Assembly: GCA_024277375.1 (NCBI GenBank)
Contig: JAJRVD010000053.1
Coordinates: 8,680 to 72,679, forward strand
DNA from: Candidatus Omnitrophota bacterium
GTDB taxonomy: Bacteria > Omnitrophota > Gorgyraeia > Tantalellales > Tantalellaceae
Reading direction: 5' to 3'
Length of the DNA: 64,000 nt
This document shows positions 1 to 7,523 of this stretch, one piece after another. The first letter of the stretch is position 1. Every line of letters starts with the position of its first letter. Under the pieces are notes generated by a model. It was not told the origin of the DNA, did not search any database, and saw only the letters and a list, made by a program, of their open reading frames with translations. The translations under genes were made by a program, and so were the position numbers.

Positions 1-1071
1 GGATTTACTATGACAAATGGAAAGTTCGGGAAATTGTTCGGCTCGCCTCGCCGCCGGCCTGAAAGCAAGCTTGAACAGAGGCATATGGATCTGGCCAGAT
101 CCGTTCAGGTCGTTACAGAGATGGCGATGCTTAATATAGCGAAATATGTCCACGCGCGAACGGGGAGTGACAATCTTTGTCTTGCCGGGGGAGTTGCTCT
201 TAATTGCGTAGCGAATGGTAAAATATTGACCGAAGGACTTTTTAAGAATGTCTGGATACAGCCGGCCGCGTCTGACGCGGGAGGAGCGTTGGGGGCCGCG
301 TTGGCAGGGTGGTATGAATATTTGGGGAATGACCGATCAGCCGATGGAAGCGGAGATCAACAGAAAGCGAGTCTCCTCGGGCCTTCTTTTTCGGATGATG
401 AGATAGAAAAATATTTGAATGAAAATAAGATACCATTCGAGAAACTTACAAGCGAAAGTGTTTCTGAGAGCGTTTCAGATCTTTTGGCCGATCAGAAGGT
501 CATAGGATGGTTTCAAGGGCGAATGGAGTTCGGCCCACGTGCTTTGGGTTCAAGAAGTATTCTCGGAGATCCAAGATCTAAGGAGATGCAGTCTATCCTT
601 AATAGAAAAATAAAGTTCAGAGAATCTTTCAGACCCTTCGCGCCAAGTGTTATTCTGGAAAAGACGAGTGAATGCTTTAACCTGAAAGGTGAAAGTCCCT
701 ATATGCTTATTGTGGCACCCATTAATGAGAAACAAAGAGAGTCTGTTCCAAAGGAAAGTGAGCTTGCGGGATTGACGAAACTAAGCGTAAAAAGATCCCG
801 GATCCCGGCGGTCACGCATGTAGATTATTCCGCGAGGGTTCAGACCGTAAAGCGCGAGGATAATCCTGTATTTTATGACATGATCAAGAAATTTAATGAT
901 GATCACGGTTGTCCGGTGGTTATAAACACTTCATTCAATGTAAGGGGTGAGCCCATAGTTTGCACTCAGGAGGAAGCGTACAAATGTTTTATGCGGACAA
1001 ATATGGACTTCTTAATAATGGGTTCGTATCTTGTTGATAAGGCAGAACAGCGTGCAGCGTACAGCGCATAG
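1..1071 (+). CDS. Carbamoyltransferase (NodU/CmcH family), C-terminal ~355 aa; N-terminus lies upstream of the window
   Basis: Open frame runs to position 1. Translation has the carbamoyltransferase C-domain signatures LCLAGGVALNCVANGKI and NTSFNVRGEPIVCTQEEA. Stop TAG at 1069..1071. Confidence 0.8.
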   Translation, partial: GFTMTNGKFGKLFGSPRRRPESKLEQRHMDLARSVQVVTEMAMLNIAKYVHARTGSDNLCLAGGVALNCVANGKILTEGLFKNVWIQPAASDAGGALGAALAGWYEYLGNDRSADGSGDQQKASLLGPSFSDDEIEKYLNENKIPFEKLTSESVSESVSDLLADQKVIGWFQGRMEFGPRALGSRSILGDPRSKEMQSILNRKIKFRESFRPFAPSVILEKTSECFNLKGESPYMLIVAPINEKQRESVPKESELAGLTKLSVKRSRIPAVTHVDYSARVQTVKREDNPVFYDMIKKFNDDHGCPVVINTSFNVRGEPIVCTQEEAYKCFMRTNMDFLIMGSYLVDKAEQRAAYSA

Positions 1072-1155
1072 AGCATGGCGTATGGGCAGTAAATAGAGAA
1101 GATCCCTCGGTTTCGCTCGGGATGACAAGCTTTTAAAGTTGCTAAGCAAAAAATT

Positions 1156-1236
1156 GCATACAACATGTTGTAGGGGTTCGATTTATCGAACCCGATATAA
1201 CGGGTTTGATGAATCAAGCCCCTACATTATGACATA
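1156..1236 (+). repeat. Structured intergenic repeat family A, copy 1 (core 1169..1226)
   Basis: catacaacatgTTGTAGGGGTTCGATTtATCGAACCCGATATAACGGGtTTGATGAATCAAGCCCCTACATTATGACA. Confidence 0.8.
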
Positions 1237-1250
1237 GCCTGGAAGCGGGG

Positions 1251-1664
1251 ATGACGGTTTTTATGAAGAAAGAAATTACTAAAAAAGATCTAAGACAATT
1301 TGGGGTGGTTTTTGCGGTTATACTTACCCTGATAGGGTTTCTCCAGATGGGAAAGGGGTATGACGTTGTCGCTTCGTTTTTCTGGATAAGCGCGATCCAT
1401 ATGGTCGCTTTCGGGTTGATAGCCCCGGTACTGCTAAAACCTATTTTTCACATTTTCACGAAGGTAGCGCATGCCATGGGTTGGGTTAACACCCGGGTTG
1501 TCCTGGTCCTCGTATATTATTTGATCTTAACTCCGATCGGTCTCATAATGCGGTTGTTTAGAAAGGATCTTTTAGGGAGCCATATTGACAGGTCAAAAGA
1601 GACTTATTGGATAAAAAGAAAAGTTGGCGCGGTCTCTAAAGAGAGCTTGGAGAAACAGTTCTAA
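1251..1664 (+). CDS. SxtJ-like small polytopic membrane protein
   Basis: 137 aa with three hydrophobic segments. Sits immediately after a carbamoyltransferase, as in the conserved carbamoyltransferase/SxtJ/SxtK arrangement. Family assignment is from memory of the family, not from a search. Confidence 0.5.
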   Translation: MTVFMKKEITKKDLRQFGVVFAVILTLIGFLQMGKGYDVVASFFWISAIHMVAFGLIAPVLLKPIFHIFTKVAHAMGWVNTRVVLVLVYYLILTPIGLIMRLFRKDLLGSHIDRSKETYWIKRKVGAVSKESLEKQF

Positions 1665-1699
1665 TTCAGTTATAAGCGTGGAAGTGGGTGTCGTTGCGA

Positions 1700-1745
1700 G
1701 GGCACGAAGTGCCCGAAGCAATCTTTTATTTGTTGAGATTGCTTC
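1700..1745 (+). terminator. Two consecutive hairpins after the SxtJ-like gene: GGGCAC-GAA-GTGCCC, then GAAGCAATC-(13 nt, T-rich)-GATTGCTTC
   Basis: Found by direct inspection. They lie immediately upstream of repeat A copy 2. Confidence 0.35.
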
Positions 1746-1746
1746 G

Positions 1747-1856
1747 TCGTAATTTGTTTTGCGGATGGTCGTATGTAATATGTTGTAGGGGTTCGATTCA
1801 TCGAACCCGATATGACGGGCTTGACAAATCAAGCTCCTACATTATGCCACAGTCTG
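1747..1856 (+). repeat. Structured intergenic repeat family A, copy 2
   Basis: tcgtaatttgttttgcggatggtcg ... TGTAGGGGTTCGATTCATCGAACCCGATATgACGGGCTTGAcaAATCAAGCtCCTACATTATGcCACagtctga. Near-identical to copy 3 over about 110 nt. Confidence 0.85.
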
Positions 1857-1881
1857 AAGGGCAAGGCTACGAGGAGAACAC

Positions 1882-2040
1882 ATGGGGAAGATATCTATTT
1901 TGAAAGAATTTTGGGAGTTTTTGAAGGAAAGAAAAAAATGGTGGCTCTTGCCGATAATTATAGTGTTGCTTCTTTTGGGGCTTTTGATAATTTTTACAGA
2001 ATCTGCGGCTGTAGCGCCATTTGTTTATACGTTGTTCTAA
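1882..2040 (+). CDS. DUF5989/SxtK-like 52-aa membrane peptide. It is absent from the ORF track because it is under 60 aa. It lies in frame +1 of the spurious track ORF 1812..2045.
   Basis: Hand translation gives [52 protein letters not shown]. This matches the DUF5989 pattern (EFWxFLKxRKKxWLLPIIxVLLLLGxLIxxTxxSAxAPFIYTLF) and the position after SxtJ. Confidence 0.55.
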   Translation: MGKISILKEFWEFLKERKKWWLLPIIIVLLLLGLLIIFTESAAVAPFVYTLF

Positions 2041-2052
2041 TCTAAGGGGGAA

Positions 2053-2989
2053 TATGAGGATACTATTAACCGGTGGGTCCGGGTTTCTCGGGTCTCATTT
2101 GGCGGAGAGATTATTGGCGGATGGGCACCAGGTAGTGTGCATGGACAATCTTATAACTGGCCGGGTGGAAAACATCGATCATCTCGCGAGTGATAAGAAC
2201 TTTGAGTTCATAAAGCATGACGTGTCGAAGTATATCGTTGTAAAAGGGCAAATAGATTGTGTCCTGCATTTCGCGTCTCCGGCCAGTCCGATAGATTATC
2301 TGGAGCATCCGATCAAAACGTTAAAGGTGGGTTCTCTCGGCACACATAACGCGCTCGGAGTCGCTAAAGCACACGGGTCCAGATTTTTGCTCGCGTCCAC
2401 TTCAGAGGTTTATGGGGATCCTCTGGTGAACCCTCAGCCGGAAACATATTGGGGTAATGTAAACCCGGTAGGACCGCGAGGATGCTATGATGAGGCAAAA
2501 CGTTTCGGTGAGGCCATAACAATGGCGTATCACAGGACACATGGTATTGACGCGAAGATCGTGCGGATATTTAATACATACGGTGAGCGTATGCGCCATC
2601 ATGACGGGAGGGTCGTTCCGAACTTTATTGATCAGGCACTCAAGGGAGAGCCTATTACGGTTTATGGTGATGGGTCTCAAACAAGAAGCTTTTGTTATGT
2701 TTCGGACCTGGTTGACGGGATCGTGCGTCTTATGATGTCGGATCTGAATGAACCGGTCAATATAGGCAATCCGACTGAGATGAATGTTCTGGATTTTGCC
2801 AAAAAAATAATTGAGTTAACCGGTAGTAAAAGTGAGATAATTTTTGAGGATCTGCCGGTCAATGACCCAAAAGTGAGAAGACCGGATATAACAAAGGCTA
2901 AAGCGAAGTTTGGATGGGAGCCGAAAGTTGATCTGGCTGAAGGGCTCGCGAGAGTTATTAAATGGTTTAAGGCGAATTATAAGGAATAA
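2053..2989 (+). CDS. NAD-dependent epimerase/dehydratase, UDP-glucuronate decarboxylase (UXS/ArnA C-domain) type
   Basis: [16 protein letters not shown] Rossmann motif with a UXS-like YDEAKR catalytic dyad context. RBS aagggggaa lies upstream of ATG 2053. The track ORF starts earlier at TTG 2021. Confidence 0.7.
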
Positions 2990-3003
2990 ACAGGGAGCAT
3001 GAG

Positions 3004-4179
3004 GTGCATAAACCGCACGGTGGTAAATTAATAGATAGAACACTCGACGCCAAGAGCGCCGCTGAATGGAAAGATATGGAGGGGAAGCTTCCCGAAATAG
3101 TTCTTGTTCATGAGAAAGTGCAGGAAGTGACGAATATCGCTTTCGGTGTTTTTAGTCCCCTTGAAGGATTTATGGACGAAGCGGATTATAAGAGCGTTAT
3201 TGGAAGATCCCGTTTAGCCAACGATCTGGCTTGGACTATCCCTATTGTGCTTGATGTGGACATTAAAGTATCAAAAGACTATACGCGCGGTGACAATGTT
3301 TTGCTTAAAGATGTAACGGGAAAGATCTTTGCGGTGCTTACGGTAAGCGATATATACGATTATGATAAAGCGGAATACTCTAAGAATGTTTTTGGAACGG
3401 ACGATAAAACGCATCCAGGCGTCAGGAAAATATTTGATATGAAGGACGTTTTGGTAGGAGGGAAGATAGATCTTATAGAAGAAGCAGAAAACGATTTTTC
3501 ACGGTACACATTACATCCTAAGGAAACGCGAGTGCTTTTTAAAGAAAAGGGATGGAGGGACGTAGCGGGGTTTCAGACGCGTAATGTCCCACATTTGGGG
3601 CACGAGTTTGTTCAAAAGACCGCTTTATCGTTTGTGGACGCTGTTTTTATAAATCCCGTTATTGGAAGAAAGAAGTGCGGGGATTTTAAAGATGAAGTTA
3701 TTCTCGAGGCGTATGAAGAGCTGCTTAAGCATTACTTCTTAAAAGAAAGAGTGTTCATGTCCATTCTTTTAACTGAGATGAGGTATGCGGGGCCAAAGGA
3801 GGCGGTATTTCACGCGATAATCAGGAAGAATTTCGGGTGTACCCATTTTATTGTAGGCAGGGACCATGCCGGTGTAGGAGATTATTACGGTCAATTTGCG
3901 GCACATGATATTTTTGATCAATTCCCTGAGATTGAAATAACTCCCATATTTTTCAGGACCTTTTTTTATTGTCGCAAATGCGCCAGTATCGCAAATGATA
4001 AAACATGCCCGCATAACGAGGCAGACAAAGTTGTTTTTAAGGGCACTCATATTCGGAACCTTTTGCAGAAGGGGGATGTTCCCCCTGAGAGTATGATGCG
4101 ACCGGAAGTGACAAAAGTTATTCTTTCGCATAAGGATCTATTTGTCGGTTCTTCTCCCCCCGAGGCAGTAGTTGGGTAG
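3004..4179 (+). CDS. sat: Sulfate adenylyltransferase (ATP sulfurylase)
   Basis: GFQTRNVPHLGHEFV (QTRN/HxxH ATP-sulfurylase motifs) and GRDHAGV. GTG start with RBS cagggagca. Confidence 0.8.
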   Translation: MHKPHGGKLIDRTLDAKSAAEWKDMEGKLPEIVLVHEKVQEVTNIAFGVFSPLEGFMDEADYKSVIGRSRLANDLAWTIPIVLDVDIKVSKDYTRGDNVLLKDVTGKIFAVLTVSDIYDYDKAEYSKNVFGTDDKTHPGVRKIFDMKDVLVGGKIDLIEEAENDFSRYTLHPKETRVLFKEKGWRDVAGFQTRNVPHLGHEFVQKTALSFVDAVFINPVIGRKKCGDFKDEVILEAYEELLKHYFLKERVFMSILLTEMRYAGPKEAVFHAIIRKNFGCTHFIVGRDHAGVGDYYGQFAAHDIFDQFPEIEITPIFFRTFFYCRKCASIANDKTCPHNEADKVVFKGTHIRNLLQKGDVPPESMMRPEVTKVILSHKDLFVGSSPPEAVVG

Positions 4180-4198
4180 GAGGGCTAAAGGAGTGGTA

Positions 4199-4795
4199 AT
4201 GGACGGGTTTACGATATGGTTTACAGGGCTTTCCGGATCAGGAAAAACAACTTTAGCGCATATGCTGGTTGATGAATTAAAAGATATGGGCCGCAAAGTT
4301 GAGCTTCTTGATGGAGACGTTATAAGAACAAATTTGAGTAAAGGACTGGGGTTCAGTAAGGAAGATCGTGACGAGAATATCAGAAGGGTGGGGTTTGTTT
4401 GTGAGCTGTTGTCGCGTAATGGCATTATCGCGATAGCTGCCTGTATTTCACCGTATAAAGATATTAGAGATTCTCATAGAGGAAAAATAGACAGGTTTTT
4501 TGAGGTTTTCACTAAATGTTCTATAGAAGAATGTATCAAACGCGATCCTAAGGGGAATTATAAAAAAGTACTTTCCGGAGAGATCAAAAATTATACAGGT
4601 ATAGATGATCCTTATGAAGAGCCGTCTGACCATGAGATTACCGTTGAGACAGACAAAGAGTCTCCGGAAGAAAGTTTGAGAAAAATAATTAATAAACTGA
4701 AAGAATTAAAGTTTCTTCCAGATTGTCGATCACATTGCGATAAGGAAGAAGAGAAAATTATTAAGGATAGGTTGAAATCGTTAGGGTACCTGTAA
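4199..4795 (+). CDS. cysC: Adenylyl-sulfate kinase (APS kinase)
   Basis: P-loop FTGLSGSGKTTLA and the APS kinase DGDVIRTNLSKGLGFSKEDRDENIRR motif. ATG 4199 preceded by RBS aaaggag. Confidence 0.85.
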   Translation: MDGFTIWFTGLSGSGKTTLAHMLVDELKDMGRKVELLDGDVIRTNLSKGLGFSKEDRDENIRRVGFVCELLSRNGIIAIAACISPYKDIRDSHRGKIDRFFEVFTKCSIEECIKRDPKGNYKKVLSGEIKNYTGIDDPYEEPSDHEITVETDKESPEESLRKIINKLKELKFLPDCRSHCDKEEEKIIKDRLKSLGYL

Positions 4796-4811
4796 GAGGA
4801 AAGTGTTTGCG

Positions 4812-6242
4812 ATGAAAAAAGTATTGGTTATAGGATTGGATTGCGCTGCGTTGAAGATAGTTTTTGATCGACGTGATCAGTTGCCAAATATTGATAAGAT
4901 GTTGTCGGGTGGAATATCCGCGCCATTCAGAAGCGGACATCCTCCGATAACGATACCGGCATGGATGACGATGACCTCGGGAAAAGACGCGGGAGAACAT
5001 GGGGTTTATGGGTTCAGGCATAGAGTGACGGGAACGTATAACGATATTAAGTTAAGTTCCGCCAGTAGTTTTAAAAAAAGCGCTATTTGGGATATTATAG
5101 CGGAAAAGGGGCTTAAGTCCTGTCTGGTGGGTGTGCCGCCAAGTTATCCGATATCGGAAGTAAATGGCAGTAAGGTGTCTTGTTTTATGACTCCCGGTTC
5201 TGATAAGGAATATACGTACCCTTCTTCGCTGAAGGCGGAATTGGAAGAGAGGTTTGGACCTTTCAAATTTGATGTCGAATTTCGTACTTCTGATCGCGAT
5301 AAATTAAAAGAAGAGCTCTTTGAAATGACATTGCAACATTTTGAGGTGATAAAATATCTTCTCCTGAATAAACCATGGCAGTTTTTCATGTTTGTTGAGA
5401 TAGGTGTGGATCGCATCCAACACGCGTTTTGGAAATTCTTTGACAAAACACACCATGGTTATACCCAGGGCAATGAATATGAAGACGTGATCATGGAGTA
5501 TTACCGTATGTTGGATAAGGGGATAGGAGAGATACTTGATCTGGTAGATACTGATACCGTAATTTTTGTTGTTTCCGATCATGGCGCGAAAGCTATTAAA
5601 GGAGTGTTTTGTATAAATCAGTGGCTTGTTGATAAAGGGTATCTTGTGCTAAGAAATACGCCTGCCGAGGGAACTCCTATCGAGCTGGCTGAAGTGGATT
5701 GGGGGCGGACAAAGGTATGGGCATGGGGAGGCTATTATTCCCGTGTGTTCTTTAATGTGAAAAACAGGGAAAAAGAGGGTATTATAGATCAGGATGAATA
5801 TGATTTTTTGAGAGATAAGGTCAAAAATGAGCTTATTTCTGTCCGCGGACCCGAAGGTGAAGAATGGAAAACCCGCGCTTTTCGTCCGGAAGAGTTGTAT
5901 GATGAATTAAATGGAGATTATCCGGATCTTATGGTATATTTTGATGACCTTTCATGGCGAGCCGCTGGGACTTTAGGCCATAAGAGTATGTATTTAAACG
6001 AGAACGATACCGGTCCGGATGACGCTGTGCACGATTGGGAAGGTGTTTTTGTGATGTATGACCCCGAGAAGCAAAGTGGGGAGCGGCGTGATGTAGTGGA
6101 TATCCTAGATTTCGCGCCGACAGTTCTGGAGATAATGGGAGTAGAGCAGCCCGCGGATATGAAGGGAAAAAGTGTTTTGCAAAGAAACAATAATGATAGA
6201 ATCCTGCAAAATGGAACTTTCGTTATTCGGACTCTGTCGTAA
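4812..6242 (+). CDS. Alkaline-phosphatase-superfamily protein, type I phosphodiesterase/nucleotide pyrophosphatase-like
   Basis: VLVIGLDCAA followed by PPITIPAWMTMTSGKDAGEHGVYG (Thr-nucleophile NPP-type core) and a VVSDHG metal-ligand motif. Confidence 0.6.
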   Translation: MKKVLVIGLDCAALKIVFDRRDQLPNIDKMLSGGISAPFRSGHPPITIPAWMTMTSGKDAGEHGVYGFRHRVTGTYNDIKLSSASSFKKSAIWDIIAEKGLKSCLVGVPPSYPISEVNGSKVSCFMTPGSDKEYTYPSSLKAELEERFGPFKFDVEFRTSDRDKLKEELFEMTLQHFEVIKYLLLNKPWQFFMFVEIGVDRIQHAFWKFFDKTHHGYTQGNEYEDVIMEYYRMLDKGIGEILDLVDTDTVIFVVSDHGAKAIKGVFCINQWLVDKGYLVLRNTPAEGTPIELAEVDWGRTKVWAWGGYYSRVFFNVKNREKEGIIDQDEYDFLRDKVKNELISVRGPEGEEWKTRAFRPEELYDELNGDYPDLMVYFDDLSWRAAGTLGHKSMYLNENDTGPDDAVHDWEGVFVMYDPEKQSGERRDVVDILDFAPTVLEIMGVEQPADMKGKSVLQRNNNDRILQNGTFVIRTLS

Positions 6243-6346
6243 TTCGTTTTGCGGATGGTCGCATACAGTACATTGTAGGGGTTCGATTCATCGAACCCGA
6301 TATAACGGGCTTGATGAATCAAGCCCCTACATTATGACACGATCTG
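6237..6346 (+). repeat. Structured intergenic repeat family A, copy 3
   Basis: tcgtaattcgttttgcggatggtcg ... TGTAGGGGTTCGATTCATCGAACCCGATATAACGGGCTTGATGAATCAAGCCCCTACATTATGACACgatctga. Confidence 0.85.
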
Positions 6347-6403
6347 ATTGAAAAAACAGCGTTTTGCATGAGTCTAACAATAGTAATGTAAAGGAGATAG
6401 CCA

Positions 6404-7393
6404 ATGGCTAAGAAAAAGGCATTGATAACGGGTATAACGGGACAGGATGGTAGCTACCTGGCGGAGTATTTGTTTGAACTGGGTTATGAAGTGCATGGTA
6501 TTGTCAGGCGTGTAGCTTTGGAAGACCAGCGCCATCGTATGTGGCGTATACGACATATACAGGACCAGGTAACACTGCATTGCGGCTCTCTGGAGAGTTA
6601 TCCAAGCATTTTCAAGGTAGTAATGGATGTGCAGCCCGATGAATGTTACCATCTGGCGGCCCAAAGTTTTGTTACATATTCGTTCGAGGACGAATTTTCG
6701 ACGTTTAATATAAATATTAACGGTACGCATTATGTCATATCCGCGCTTAAGAACGCGTGTCCGGAATGTAAGTTTTATTTCGCGGCTTCCAGTGAAATGT
6801 TCGGTAAGGTGCAGGAAGTTCCGCAGTCGGAGACGACGCCATTCCACCCGCGGTCTGTGTATGGGATATCGAAAGTAGCGGGCTATGATCTGACGAGGAA
6901 TTATCGCGAGGCTTACAATATGTACGCCGCGAGCGGAATCCTGTTTAATCACGAGTCTCCTCGCAGAGGGTTTGAGTTTGTTACACGAAAGATCACGTCA
7001 GCCGCCGCGCGCATAAAACTCGGGCTATCAGATAAACTGTTGCTTGGTAATTTGGAAGCTAAAAGAGATTGGGGACACTCCCGGGAATATGTAAAAGTTA
7101 TGCACACGATGCTTCAACAGGATGTGCCGACGGATTATGTAATAGGTACGGGAGAGACACATTCGGTTCAGGAATTTGTTGACCTGACTTTTAAGTCTTT
7201 GGATCTTGATTATAAAAAGTATGTGGGGGTAGATGAGAACTTTTTCAGGCCCGCGGAAGTGGATCTCTTGATCGCCGATACCGATAAGGCAAAGAAAGAA
7301 CTGAACTGGGAATATGCTCTTACTTTTGAACAGTTGGTAAATGAAATGGTAAAAGAGGATTATGATCTTTTAAAAAAGAGACATAATTTGTAG
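6404..7393 (+). CDS. gmd: GDP-mannose 4,6-dehydratase
   Basis: ALITGITGQDGSYLAEYL, FYFAASSEMFG and YGISKVAGYDLTRNYREAY are classic Gmd blocks. Confidence 0.85.
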   Translation: MAKKKALITGITGQDGSYLAEYLFELGYEVHGIVRRVALEDQRHRMWRIRHIQDQVTLHCGSLESYPSIFKVVMDVQPDECYHLAAQSFVTYSFEDEFSTFNININGTHYVISALKNACPECKFYFAASSEMFGKVQEVPQSETTPFHPRSVYGISKVAGYDLTRNYREAYNMYAASGILFNHESPRRGFEFVTRKITSAAARIKLGLSDKLLLGNLEAKRDWGHSREYVKVMHTMLQQDVPTDYVIGTGETHSVQEFVDLTFKSLDLDYKKYVGVDENFFRPAEVDLLIADTDKAKKELNWEYALTFEQLVNEMVKEDYDLLKKRHNL

Positions 7394-7416
7394 CATCCGC
7401 TGGTATAAAAGGGTGA

Positions 7417-7476
7417 GTTGTGTATACTTCCTACCAGGCATAGCCTGTACGGAAGCATACACAACTTCCGTTTTCG
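7417..7476 (+). terminator. Strong hairpin (about 15-bp stem with an inner 5-bp hairpin in the loop) followed by a T-run, downstream of gmd
   Basis: gttgtgtatacttcc ... ggaagcatacacaac, then ttccgttttcg. Confidence 0.4.
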
Positions 7477-7523
7477 TGAAATATGTTTTTTAAAAAATCA
7501 AAAAGAGAGAGGAGTAGGACGAA

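Noticed and set aside
1169-1226. GGTTCGATTCATCGAACC in repeat A resembles a tRNA T-arm (GGTTCGAATCC); I considered a tRNA or tRNA-derived SINE.
   Set aside because: No acceptor/D/anticodon cloverleaf can be drawn. The hairpin has a 7-bp stem with a 4-nt loop, not a 5-bp stem with a 7-nt T-loop. No anticodon arm is present.
1688-2045. Track ORFs 1688..1903 and 1812..2045 on the + strand.
   Set aside because: Both run through repeat A copy 2 and the hairpins. The real gene here is the 52-aa DUF5989/SxtK-like peptide at 1882..2040, in a different frame from the 1812..2045 ORF.
1-6242. The carbamoyltransferase + SxtJ + SxtK + APS kinase arrangement suggested a saxitoxin-like toxin cluster.
   Set aside because: No SxtA-like PKS/aminotransferase, amidinotransferase (SxtG), SxtB/SxtD or other core toxin genes are present. 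The neighbours are all nucleotide-sugar and glycosyltransferase genes. A glycan-decoration role, NodU-like, fits better.
966-6322. Minus-strand track ORFs 966..1217, 1593..1832 and 5918..6322 share the peptide IGFDESNPYN(I/V)L and could look like a conserved small-protein family.
   Set aside because: They are reverse-frame translations of the three copies of repeat family A. Their similarity is confined to the repeat. They have no RBS or start context, and they overlap + strand genes and intergenic structure.
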